Shown in pieces: positions 34,820-43,836 of a DNA stretch of 64,000 bases (position 1 is its first letter; the number at the start of each line of letters is the position of its first letter). A model generated the notes under the pieces. The model was not told the DNA's origin. It saw only the letters and a list, made by a program, of their open reading frames with translations, and did not search any database. Made by a program: the position numbers and the translations under genes. Source of the DNA: an uncultured Fibrobacter sp. (GTDB lineage Bacteria; Fibrobacterota; Fibrobacteria; Fibrobacterales; Fibrobacteraceae); assembly GCF_946062555.1 (NCBI RefSeq), contig NZ_CAMGVQ010000003.1:31652-95651 (forward strand). Reading direction: 5' to 3'.

Positions 34820-35145
34820 GCTAAAATTTACGAGTTTTAAAGAAAAACTGAAAAATATGCAAAAATAATTCCTAGAAGGATGTGAACGGTATTTTGTGCC
34901 GGCCTTCTATGACGAAAATGGAATTTTGACCATGAACGTCATTGATTTCTTGATGGAGCCGAATAGTTTGATTTCCTTGGGGTGACGCAATCGCGACTCT
35001 TTCCGCCGTGCAGAGCTTGTCGAAGCAGAGCGGGGGCTCAGATGTCACCCCCGCAACTGGTCACGTTCTCTAGGTTCAGCGAAAGAGAGGGCTGGGGCAA
35101 TCTCTTCGATGGGACTAAACTGTCGATTGTGCTGAAGGGGTAGTT

Positions 35146-35751
35146 TCACCGAATTACTTCCTTTTGGCTTGGATAGCGCACTAGCGTAATGTCCCTTGCT
35201 ATACATAATTCAAAAAACCGTTTATCGACACTACCGTAAATAAGTAATGCCCTCGGTTCAAGCGTTTCAATCATCGTGCAGACACCTGAATAAAATATCG
35301 TCTTGTGATCGGCTCGCGCCTGCGTTCCGAGAGCTCCAACAAACAGTATTGAATCTTTAGGAATATCCCGAAAGCAGAAAGGGTAAGATTTTTCGTCCCC
35401 AAAGCGGACGTTGATAATGTATGGTATCCCATTCTGTGCGAATATGTCACGGCTATGCCGGTTCACCTTATCGGCATCCGTTTGTATCTCAAGATTGTCG
35501 CATCAACCGATACTCCTGTCCAAAGTCAAGGCTCCTCCAAAATTTTTGATATGTTCAAGGCAAGGAGTAAGCCCTTCCGTATACACATCGCATCGGAAAT
35601 CTTCTTCATAGAAATGAAGCCAGGAATCATAAACAGGATAACGAAGTGATTCTGAATACGACTGAAGTTCCTTCGGAATTTCACTCATGCTAAAATTTCG
35701 ACTTTTGTGCAAAATTTGCGCACAACTCACGATAGGGTGCAGCATATGCAT
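35146..35751 (-). pseudogene. DUF4417-like gene interrupted by a stop or frameshift
   Basis: Two adjacent ORFs (35503-35751 and 35146-35466) together resemble one protein: ...FAQNGIPYIINVRFGDEKSYPFCFRDIPKDSILFVGALGT... The interruption lies near 35470-35500. Confidence 0.4.
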
Positions 35752-35787
35752 CCTCCTTTGTTAAACATTGATGTTGTTTGTTGTCCT

Positions 35788-36153
35788 TTAGATTTCGCCC
35801 TTTGCCTTCTGTTCCTTGAACTTGGCTTTTGCTTCAATCCATTCGTTTATAAGGCGATGGAGTTCCAATGTATCGACCGTTATTTCGTTGGGAGTCCCTT
35901 CAGGCGCGAAGTTGTCCACGATAAGTGTTTCCTTCGGGCCAATATCCCAGCAGCAATCGTTGCCGGAACATTCAACATGTTTCTTCTTTTTGGAGAGAAC
36001 CTGGTCGATTTGTTCAAGAATGATTGAGGGGAATTCTTCAACATCAGAGGCAAAAAAGGTTGTGAACACATTAGGGCCTTCGTCAAAAACGAAATTCAGC
36101 GTTTTTGTTCCGTCTTCGAGCGTCGTATAATCAATTTTGTAATTATAATTCAT
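35788..36153 (-). CDS. Putative immunity protein for the upstream EndoU toxin
   Basis: A 121-aa acidic protein. Its ATG overlaps the toxin stop by 1 nt (TGATG at 36153). Confidence 0.5.
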   Translation of the reverse strand: MNYNYKIDYTTLEDGTKTLNFVFDEGPNVFTTFFASDVEEFPSIILEQIDQVLSKKKKHVECSGNDCCWDIGPKETLIVDNFAPEGTPNEITVDTLELHRLINEWIEAKAKFKEQKAKGEI

Positions 36154-36803
36154 CAGTTTTCCTCCATCAAGGGATATACGTTAACAATTTTTCCGTTGGC
36201 ATTAACACGCATTCGTATACGGACTCCTTCAGAAGATGAACCTTCATACATATTGAGTGTGTTTGTTTTGAGCCGCTTGTTTGCGTACGCCTCGTTTATC
36301 GCATTCACGATATGTTGCGGCGACCAGTGTTCGGGGAAGAATGTAGACATTCCGCCCATTGTGCGCTTTCGGATGCCGTTGACCGTTACCCTGCCTTGAT
36401 ATACTCCTTTTTCATTCAGTTCTGATTTTGTACCGGGGATAATTCGACCTTCCGCATTCCTAATCACTTCGGTGTGGTAACCGGTCGCCTCGAGTCGTGT
36501 TTTCCCTTTACCTGCTGAAGCTGTCTTTACCTCACCATTAAATATATGTTTTATCAGGTTCGGTTCAAAGAGCTCCGTATGTTCCAAAGCTTCCAAATCA
36601 CCCTTGAGGTATTTTAGTGGAGGATTGTCCAGATTTTCTGTCCGGTAAAGTTCCGGACGATTCTGTTTCGCGGGTCCCTCTTCAGGAAAAAGCGTTGTTT
36701 GGATATACTTTTGCGGGAGTTCATTCAGCAAATGCTGATACTCCTTTGGTAATTCCGGTAGTTTGTAAACACCCCCCGGCTGGGTTGAGGCTTTAAGGCC
36801 CAT
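36153..36803 (-). CDS. Stand-alone bacterial EndoU-type RNase toxin domain protein
   Basis: An AAGGAG RBS precedes the start. Contains IKHIFNGEV...GKTRLEATGYHTE...GGMSTFFPEHWSPQHIVNAINEAY...GKIVNVYP, the EndoU_bacteria pattern. No N-terminal delivery domain is present. Confidence 0.6.
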   Translation of the reverse strand: MGLKASTQPGGVYKLPELPKEYQHLLNELPQKYIQTTLFPEEGPAKQNRPELYRTENLDNPPLKYLKGDLEALEHTELFEPNLIKHIFNGEVKTASAGKGKTRLEATGYHTEVIRNAEGRIIPGTKSELNEKGVYQGRVTVNGIRKRTMGGMSTFFPEHWSPQHIVNAINEAYANKRLKTNTLNMYEGSSSEGVRIRMRVNANGKIVNVYPLMEEN

Positions 36804-36994
36804 GATACTTCTCCTTGCCTTGCGGCGGAAAATGTGGATTATATTTTAAGGCAACAATCCATAACCTGCCGGGCAGTTTGCCCGGCAAACCTGATTAAAA
36901 ACACGATGTCATCTACTCTATGGTTTTATAAGAACCTCCATTGATTCATATCCATATTGTCGTAACTTCAGTATGCCCACGCTTTTTTATGAAT

Positions 36995-37175
36995 GAAAAA
37001 GGCGTGGTGTCGAATGCACTTACCTATCCTGAGGGCTACCACACCCTTTTACACAATAAGTACAAACGACCCACGCCCCGATAATGGTGCGTAAGATCCG
37101 ATGATTTCTTGTGTAAATTCCCTGAAGGTGGTAGTTTCAGGATAGGGAAACAAGAATCTTTTCAGTCTATGTCAA
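36995..37175 (-). ncRNA. Candidate structured RNA, copy A (between res and the EndoU toxin gene)
   Basis: Helices are cctatcctga/tcaggatagg (37023-32 / 37138-47), ctaccac/gtggtag (37036-42 / 37128-34) and ttacacaa/ttgtgtaa (37049-56 / 37109-16). ggcgtgg..tcg (37001-12) pairs with cgacccacgcc (37067-77). On the minus strand the last arm is followed by TTTTTCATT. Confidence 0.5.
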
Positions 37176-37238
37176 ATACAGTTATCTAAAGTGTTGAAAG
37201 TCTCCTTAAGTTATTTATCACACAAACATCAATAATTT

Positions 37239-40193
37239 CTACAGTCCTTCAACGATTGCTTGCAGGTTTTCCTGTTTGAGTTGCTTTTTGAAGCGAACCT
37301 TCACGCCTTCGTTTTCCAAATTTTCAAAGAACACTTTGGCAGATTCTATTTTGAGCTTCTCGCCACCGCGCAGATCTTTGTCGGCATTCTCAACATCCTT
37401 GCATTCTACAATGAGATTCAATTCGTTTTTGTCTTTACGACGAACGATATACATAAAGTCGGGACTGTAAGTTTCTCCCAAAATAGTCGGAATGCGCACG
37501 GTACTTTTCGGAATTTTTCCGAAGACTTCAACGCCTTCTACATCGTTCAGAATGTCGTCCTTCTCTAACGGAGAATCATAAGCGATACTATCGTAGAGAT
37601 ATTTTTTAGGAACTTCGCCCACATCCATAAATTTACCGACAAGTCCCAAGGTGATAAACTCTTCGGAACTGCCGTCAGTCTTGTTGAGGCTTGTTTTCTT
37701 GATGCGGGAGCGACTTACCTTTTGATATGTGAAACGACCCATCAGTTTTTCAAGTTTCCAACGATGGATTTCCGCACAAATATTTGCAAGGCTGCGTTCG
37801 TTGAACATTGGTTTTCCGCCATCTTGAACGAATTTGCATATTGCCTGGTGCATTGCTACAACGGGAACAGATTCTTTTTGCTGAATTCTCTGCAGGAATT
37901 TTCCGTAGTCAATTTTTCGTTCCACTTCATAACTGTTGCCACTAGAATCGTGCACTGTTGCAACGCCATTTTGCGTAGTAACTTTTTGACGAACGCTTTG
38001 CACAACCGTTTTTGCAAAAAGATCCTGCTTGATAAGGATTGGCAAGGCTTTCTCCAACTCGTCATTCAATTTGTCATCAAATGTGAGTAGGTAATGCTCG
38101 TTCATCTTAAGCCAAAGAGTCTTCAACTGGTTATAGCGATCGCTTCGAATTCTGATTTTATCGCCGCCTTTTTTCTTATTACGGTCAATAATTTTGCGAC
38201 CTGTATCACGGACCTTAAACAACTCGGGGTATTCGTCTGCAAATTCGTTGGTTTTTTCTGGATTTACAGGGTGTCCCGGCATATCCCCTTTGCGCATTTT
38301 GATGAACTTTTTCCCAAGGAGTTCCATAAGCCGGTCTTCCGCCTCGATTCCTATCTTTTGGGCGAATTCTTCAATTTGGGCGTCAGTGATGAACATCATT
38401 TCTTCGCGTTCGCCGTTGATTTCTGCGACAAGCTTGTCGGCAAATTCCTTTTCGGTATAGTCAACGATATAGTTAAGCGTGAATTCTTCATCGGTAATAC
38501 GTTTTCCAAATTCATTTACGGGGAGACGAAGTCCACGCCCCACTTCTTGCAACTTGCTGATTTCAGAACCGCTACTACGGAGTTTCGCTATCGTGAATAC
38601 ATTCGGATTATCCCAGCCCTCCTTGAGTGTCCACTTGGAAAAAATGAATCTTCTCAAGTTATCCATTGAAAGCAACTTTTTCTTGTCGTGTAGGATTTCT
38701 GAAATCTCTTGAGCAACGGATTCTTCGCTGCTTGAGTTGTCCTGCGCAAAGTAGCCGCCATGTGTTGCGGAAATATCGGCAAGAGATTTTTGCAGATATT
38801 CACGATATGGGTCTTTTTCTTTTAAACCTTCAATTTTTTTATTGATTTCTGCTTTCAAGATTTTTTCAAACGACCGACGCAAAGCGCCATTTTCATTTCG
38901 ATAGGCAGAAATGTCATCAATAAAGAAGAGTGCAAGTGTCTTTATCTTGTCTTCGCGATTGAAATTCTGTTCTTCGGTCTCCAAATGTCGACGAATTGCC
39001 ATCCGCATCATGGCTTCTTGGTAAGCTGTGGCGTACATATCGGGCGTAAGGGTACCGCCAACCTTTAATACCACGCCATTTGAAAGACGAATTTCTTTCT
39101 TGTCAAAATCTTCTATGACAAGGTTTCCGAAGTTTTCATGAATTTCGGAAAGAGGTATCCCAAGAGCCAATGTCTTTCGATGTGATTTGCCAAGGGCATC
39201 TTCCCATGTGAATCTTGTTTCGCAGTTATCCTTGTCTATTTTGGTAATTTCAGCAACCTTGACCTTGATGTTTTCGGCATCCTTTAGCGGATTGATATGT
39301 TCCTTTGCGATTCCCTTGATAAGATTCTTATTGAAGGATTCGTACGCATCCAGATTATAAACTAGATTCTTGTAATCCTTGACAACAGTCTTCTCTTTTC
39401 CTCTGCCGACTGTCGTTTCGGGGAATGTCGCCCCAAAACGAATCAACATTTGCGGACAAAGATTCATGATGGCGTCCATTGCCTTGTTCCCGTCAGAAAA
39501 ACGGTGCGGTTCATCGATAATGACAATGGGGCGAGTTGCCTTCAATGCTTCCAAAGGGCAATAAAAATTGTCTATGCCGTAATCAAAATCGTCATTTTTA
39601 TAATTGGAATTGGTGAGCAACGCACTATTGAGCAGCAGTACCGAAATATATCGTTCAGATTCTCCAGGATTTTGGTAAAAGCCTGAAACAGCAGAAGGGA
39701 AAAGTTTCTTTTTCTTGTTGCCTTTTTGCTCCGTTCCTTCAAACAGACGAATTTCTGCGCCATACCCACATGTGTCGCGAAAGTGCCTGCGCACATCGGG
39801 ATCTTCAATGAAGTTTTTTGCTCCAGCCTTGATTGCCTTTCCAGGAACAATCAGGATGAATTTTGAAACGCCCAACTGTTTGTGCAATTCGTGGATGGTT
39901 TCGGTATAGACGTATGTCTTACCAGTGCCGGTTTCCATCTTGACATCAATGTAAAGGCATGGTTTGGGAGCGACACCCACGGCTTTTTGCGCCGGGGTAA
40001 AACCTTTCATATTGAGTTGAAAGTCTTTTTGAATTTTGCCTAATTCCGCCTGAATTTTTGAGTCGTTTGGATAGATATCGCAGTTGGCGAAATGATTGAG
40101 CGAATGCTCTGCATGCAAAGTCCCAGTCAAAGCAAGAATTCTTTCAATTGCTTCGCGTTGATGCGGCAGGTTTTGTTCAAATTGAAATTCCAT
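37239..40193 (-). CDS. res: Type III restriction enzyme Res subunit (SF2 helicase plus C-terminal PD-ExK nuclease)
   Basis: Contains METGTGKTYVY (motif I), VIIDEPHRF (motif II) and the C-terminal YSPDFMY...LIVECKD. A GAGGTG RBS overlaps the mod stop. The start at 40193 (MEFQFEQ) is preferred over the ORF opening at 40238. Confidence 0.85.
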   Translation of the reverse strand: MEFQFEQNLPHQREAIERILALTGTLHAEHSLNHFANCDIYPNDSKIQAELGKIQKDFQLNMKGFTPAQKAVGVAPKPCLYIDVKMETGTGKTYVYTETIHELHKQLGVSKFILIVPGKAIKAGAKNFIEDPDVRRHFRDTCGYGAEIRLFEGTEQKGNKKKKLFPSAVSGFYQNPGESERYISVLLLNSALLTNSNYKNDDFDYGIDNFYCPLEALKATRPIVIIDEPHRFSDGNKAMDAIMNLCPQMLIRFGATFPETTVGRGKEKTVVKDYKNLVYNLDAYESFNKNLIKGIAKEHINPLKDAENIKVKVAEITKIDKDNCETRFTWEDALGKSHRKTLALGIPLSEIHENFGNLVIEDFDKKEIRLSNGVVLKVGGTLTPDMYATAYQEAMMRMAIRRHLETEEQNFNREDKIKTLALFFIDDISAYRNENGALRRSFEKILKAEINKKIEGLKEKDPYREYLQKSLADISATHGGYFAQDNSSSEESVAQEISEILHDKKKLLSMDNLRRFIFSKWTLKEGWDNPNVFTIAKLRSSGSEISKLQEVGRGLRLPVNEFGKRITDEEFTLNYIVDYTEKEFADKLVAEINGEREEMMFITDAQIEEFAQKIGIEAEDRLMELLGKKFIKMRKGDMPGHPVNPEKTNEFADEYPELFKVRDTGRKIIDRNKKKGGDKIRIRSDRYNQLKTLWLKMNEHYLLTFDDKLNDELEKALPILIKQDLFAKTVVQSVRQKVTTQNGVATVHDSSGNSYEVERKIDYGKFLQRIQQKESVPVVAMHQAICKFVQDGGKPMFNERSLANICAEIHRWKLEKLMGRFTYQKVSRSRIKKTSLNKTDGSSEEFITLGLVGKFMDVGEVPKKYLYDSIAYDSPLEKDDILNDVEGVEVFGKIPKSTVRIPTILGETYSPDFMYIVRRKDKNELNLIVECKDVENADKDLRGGEKLKIESAKVFFENLENEGVKVRFKKQLKQENLQAIVEGL

Positions 40194-40200
40194 AAACACC

Positions 40201-42225
40201 TCAGTAGCGGATTTCAAGATGAATGTCGATGCCGTCAACGTTCTTGATGTTGGCTTTTAGCGTATCAAGTGTCGTCATGCCGAAGCTGTAGCCAAAAAGA
40301 ACGATGTGCTTTGGCTTGAAATTTTTGTCTTCATCGTATTTTTTGAACAATTCCTTAATGTGTTTGCCTTCTATACCACTATCGATAAGGTACAGGTAAT
40401 CGTTAACCTTGTATGCGATGTAGCCGTTCAGATTGATTCTCTCAACATTTGCATTGAACTTGTGGCCATCATCCACCATCCATGTGGCAAGCACTGTTTC
40501 GGCGCCAAATTGTTTTAGAATCGTTGATTCACCTAAACTCGGATTTGGCACAAATTTTTTGATGGTGTCAAGCGATTTTTCAGCAGGTTTTTGAATAGTG
40601 TAATGTTTGAAACCGAAATCGCATGTGCTGTCGGGATGTTCTTCCTTGATTTTGGCGGCAGCACGACGGATGCGTTCCATGCCGATTTGGTCTAATGTGT
40701 GGGGCTTGTGGATGGAGTCACAAACGTCTATTGCATTTTGAATGATTTTTTTGCTTTTAGATGTAGATTTCCTTAGTTTTTCATCTAATGACTCTGGAAT
40801 TTGTACCGCAATATATTTTCTTTTCCCATTTTTCCTTTTTACTCCGTTGCCAAACAAAATGGAATGGGCTGTTGTTCCGCTTCCAGAAAAGAAGTCTAGA
40901 ATCACATCTCCATCTTGTGTTGCAAAATCAATAACTCGGTACAAAACATTTAATGGCTTGGGGTTGTCAAATACTTTTTTTCCATCAAACAAATCCGCTA
41001 CTAGCTTCGTTGAAGCACGATTGTCCTCGTATATAATTGATTTTAATGAATCCATAGCAGTTTCAATTCTTTTCTTCACATGAGGTTGCGTTGTATGATC
41101 TACGCCCCATTCAACTTGCCCATTTTCAGCATATTGCCAAAATGTCTCTGCCGGCCATCGCCAACCATTTTCGGGTATAGGGCAATTTCGATGAGTTGTT
41201 GGATGCGTAATATTGTACATATATCCCCCAGGATGAGGGTTAGAAGAATTTCCTGAACTACTATAAACACCAAATTCATCAACATTGTTATAATGTTTAA
41301 CTTGGTCTAATTTAAGCTTGGAGACGTTGTCTTTAATCCATTTTCTTAATTTTTCTTGGATAACGGCAATATCTTCTTCTCTTTCTTTAATTTTTTGATA
41401 TTGCTCGTTTATTAGTTCGGCAGCTTCACTTTTTCTAGACCATTTGCTTATAGATTCTCGATCTCTGCAATAACAGACCATGTATTCATGTTCTGTATCT
41501 ATTTGCGATGGATTGTTATCTGTTGCTGTTTCTATAATAAGCTGACCAATAAAATTTTCTTCTCCAAAAATTTCATCGCATAAAATCTTCAGATTCGCCT
41601 GTTCATTATCGTCAATGGAAATGAAGATGACTCCGTCATCCTTCAGCAAATCACGAGCCAGTTTCAAACGCGGATACATAAATGTGAGCCAGGCGGCATG
41701 GGAGCGTGAGCCACGCCTGCGCATGTTCATTATTTTTTCAACCTGAGCATCGTCATCTAAACCGAGTTTTTCCTTCAGGTCTTTTTCGGTAAAATCAAAA
41801 GAATCGTTATAGACAAAATCGTCCGAACCCGTATTGTACGGTGGGTCTATGTAGATACATTTGACTTCGCCTTCATAGGAACGGCGCAGGTGCTTGAGAA
41901 CTTCAAGATTGTCCCCTGAAAGATAAAGGTTTTCGCTGTTCTTGTTCTCTGATTTGGCGTTGTTCTCTTTGTCGGGAGTAATGACCGTTTCCGTGTCCAA
42001 CGCATAGAGCAGACGGGCGTAATCCTTGCCTAAGAAGTTGAAGGTCTCGCGCTCTTCCGTTACGAGTCGTGAATCTCCTGTGGCGCGCTCTGCCCAGTAA
42101 CGGATGGCATCGGCATCAATAGAGCCGTCTTTCGCGATGACTCCCGGTATCAGGGACTTCAGTTTTTTCAGAAGGTCCGCATTCGGGTTCACCTTCTCGT
42201 TCTTCTCAATAATGTCGCGCACCAT
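40201..42225 (-). CDS. mod: Type III DNA methyltransferase Mod subunit (N6-adenine/N4-cytosine family)
   Basis: Contains IYIDPPYNTGSDDFVYND (motif IV) and ILDFFSGSGTTAHS (motif I). An AAGGAG RBS lies 5 nt before the ATG at 42225. Confidence 0.85.
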   Translation of the reverse strand: MVRDIIEKNEKVNPNADLLKKLKSLIPGVIAKDGSIDADAIRYWAERATGDSRLVTEERETFNFLGKDYARLLYALDTETVITPDKENNAKSENKNSENLYLSGDNLEVLKHLRRSYEGEVKCIYIDPPYNTGSDDFVYNDSFDFTEKDLKEKLGLDDDAQVEKIMNMRRRGSRSHAAWLTFMYPRLKLARDLLKDDGVIFISIDDNEQANLKILCDEIFGEENFIGQLIIETATDNNPSQIDTEHEYMVCYCRDRESISKWSRKSEAAELINEQYQKIKEREEDIAVIQEKLRKWIKDNVSKLKLDQVKHYNNVDEFGVYSSSGNSSNPHPGGYMYNITHPTTHRNCPIPENGWRWPAETFWQYAENGQVEWGVDHTTQPHVKKRIETAMDSLKSIIYEDNRASTKLVADLFDGKKVFDNPKPLNVLYRVIDFATQDGDVILDFFSGSGTTAHSILFGNGVKRKNGKRKYIAVQIPESLDEKLRKSTSKSKKIIQNAIDVCDSIHKPHTLDQIGMERIRRAAAKIKEEHPDSTCDFGFKHYTIQKPAEKSLDTIKKFVPNPSLGESTILKQFGAETVLATWMVDDGHKFNANVERINLNGYIAYKVNDYLYLIDSGIEGKHIKELFKKYDEDKNFKPKHIVLFGYSFGMTTLDTLKANIKNVDGIDIHLEIRY

Positions 42226-42283
42226 AACGGCTCCTTGAATAAACATTCACGAATCCGCTCTATTCCGTGCCACGATTTCCACA

Positions 42284-42497
42284 AATAAAAAAGGCGTGGA
42301 GTCGTTAGCACTTACCTGTTCTGCGGGTCACCACAACCCTTCGCGTGATAAGCAAAAACGACCCACGCCCCATACAGGACGTGAGCGTTCGCCTTATCCT
42401 CACGCTATTTTGAAGTGGTGAATTTCAGAACAGAGAATAAGAGACGAATCTCAAAAATTCCGGTCGCTCCGCACCATTCAGTACGGGGCTATGTCAA
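42284..42497 (-). ncRNA. Candidate structured RNA, copy B (upstream of mod)
   Basis: Same architecture as copy A with different helix sequences: ctgttctg/cagaacag (42316-23 / 42426-33), tcaccac/gtggtga (42328-34 / 42415-21) and gcgtga..ataag/cttat..tcacgc (42343-52 / 42393-405). ggcgtggagtcg (42293-304) pairs with cgacccacgcc (42359-69). A U-run follows on the minus strand. Confidence 0.5.
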
Positions 42498-42569
42498 TAT
42501 CAAAATAGCATAAATTTGCGACAAATATATCCGCATCCGCTTTTTTTTGAAAAATTTCGCGTTTTTCCC

Positions 42570-42598
42570 TTGACGACAGTTTGTGATTAGTGTATATT
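42570..42598 (+). promoter_or_regulatory. Sigma70-like promoter TTGACG-17 nt-TATATT
   Basis: ttgacg lies at 42570-42575 and tatatt at 42593-42598, upstream of the Rpn-like gene. Confidence 0.5.
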
Positions 42599-42682
42599 TG
42601 TGCAGTAGTTTTTAAGATGTTCGCCTTTTCTTGCATGTAGGCGTAAGGAGTAGAAGATGAAAGCAAACGACCCATCAAAAAT

Positions 42683-43435
42683 GTGTGGACCCGCAGCGTG
42701 GCGAAGAACCTGAGCGGCAGCAAGGCGTCGCGCACGGCAATTTTCGACTTGCATTGCAAGGATGATTTGGGGAACCTCATCGAGATAGAGGTGCAGATTC
42801 GCGAGATGAAGAATTTCGTGAAACGCCTAGCGTTTTACGCTAGCGAGATGGTGGTGAACCAGGCCGAGCCCGGGGACGATTGGAGTTTTGATGTCCAGCC
42901 AACCTACGTAATCGCTCTGACGCGTTTCTCTGTTTTTCCCGATGAACGCGCTGTCCATCGTGCAACGGTAATCGACATGGAAAGCGGAGAACAGCTTGTG
43001 GATACCTATAACTTTACTGCTATTGAACTTTCGAAGGTTCCCTTTTTCATCGAAAAGACTTCCAGCGATTTGAGCAAGTGGCTGTTCTTCTTCCGCTACT
43101 TGAACCGGCTCAAGGAACTCCCCGAAGAACTGGACGATGGAAAGTTCAGGGACTTGACAGAAAGCGCAAAAGTATCTAACTTCAACAAGAAAGAATTCGA
43201 GGCATATCGGAATATGTACCACAAGGTATGGGACCATAACGCCCTGAGGGACGGCTTCTTCAAGGAATTCGCGGATGACGTCAACGCGAAGATTGAAGAA
43301 CGTATTTCTGGTAGAAATCGCGAGTTTGCGAAGAAAATGATAGTACTCGGCAAACTTTCCAATGAGGAAATTGCCGCTGCTACGGATCTTTCCCTGGAAG
43401 ACGTCGTCGTGCTTCGCAGTCAGCTTGAAGCATAA
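42683..43435 (+). CDS. Rpn-family/PDDEXK_2 nuclease (putative transposase-like), N-terminus probably disrupted
   Basis: Contains IFDLHCKDDLGNLIEIEVQ (D...ExQ/K core), ...PTYVIALTRF..., IELSKVPFF and a C-terminal LSNEEIAAATDLSLEDV. The first ~40 aa expected for the family are missing. A short out-of-frame ORF (MKANDPSK...) with an RBS lies just upstream. Confidence 0.5.
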   Translation: MWTRSVAKNLSGSKASRTAIFDLHCKDDLGNLIEIEVQIREMKNFVKRLAFYASEMVVNQAEPGDDWSFDVQPTYVIALTRFSVFPDERAVHRATVIDMESGEQLVDTYNFTAIELSKVPFFIEKTSSDLSKWLFFFRYLNRLKELPEELDDGKFRDLTESAKVSNFNKKEFEAYRNMYHKVWDHNALRDGFFKEFADDVNAKIEERISGRNREFAKKMIVLGKLSNEEIAAATDLSLEDVVVLRSQLEA

Positions 43436-43466
43436 TTTATAGACTATTTTACAACATTTAAAAAAA

Positions 43467-43617
43467 TTATAGCCTGTCGTAATCCAGCTAATTTCATTTC
43501 ATCGTCGTTACAGGATAGGCGTGCTGAAATCGCGTATTTACACGATTCGCGGACTCAAGGTGATGCTGGACGCCGACTTGGCGGAGATTTACGGGTATAG
43601 CACCGGTGCTTTTAATC
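43467..43617. repeat. 151-bp direct repeat, copy 1 (the 5' UTR plus first codons of an ORF6N-type gene)
   Basis: By my count it matches 44474-44624 with 6 mismatches. Confidence 0.9.
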
Positions 43618-43772
43618 GTCAAGTGAAAAATAACATTGAAAGAATTGCAGAAGATTTTCGATTTCAGTTGACTGAAGAAGAAATGCAAATCTTGATGTGC
43701 AAAAAATGCACATCAAGTTGGGGTGGAACAAGAAAACTGCCTTACGCCTTTACGGAACAAGGCTTCAAGTAG
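43521..43772 (+). pseudogene. ORF6N (KilA-N-like) domain protein, truncated after 83 aa
   Basis: Contains RIYTIRGLKVMLDADLAEIYGYSTGAFNRQVKNNIERIAEDFRFQLTEEE...GGTRKLPYAFTEQG. It ends abruptly at the AT-rich junction with the TA module. Confidence 0.55.
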
Positions 43773-43803
43773 CCTCGCCTTATTCATTTTTTTTAGGTAC
43801 TTA

Positions 43804-43832
43804 TTGACAAGTAATAAAAAGTAATATATATT
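43804..43832 (+). promoter_or_regulatory. Sigma70-like promoter TTGACA-17 nt-TATATT for the TA pair
   Basis: ttgaca lies at 43804-43809 and tatatt at 43827-43832. The first ATG of the toxin ORF is at 43837. Confidence 0.5.
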
Positions 43833-43836
43833 TATT

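Noticed and set aside
36995-37175. Integron attC sites as an explanation for the paired structured elements flanking the R-M cassette.
   Set aside because: I could not find RYYYAAC/GTTRRRY core sites at the element ends. No integron integrase is present. The U-run and G-U pattern fit an RNA better than a folded single-stranded recombination site.
37167-37175. A conserved TTGACATAG box (minus strand; also at 42489-42497) as the -35 element of a promoter for the candidate RNA.
   Set aside because: No acceptable -10 hexamer lies 16-18 nt downstream in either copy, and the distance to the first helix differs by ~35 nt between copies. It is kept only as a conserved word and not annotated as a promoter.
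42478-42780. A 100-aa minus-strand ORF upstream of element B.
   Set aside because: It overlaps the plus-strand promoter and the start of the Rpn-like gene. It has no RBS and an odd composition, so it is probably spurious.
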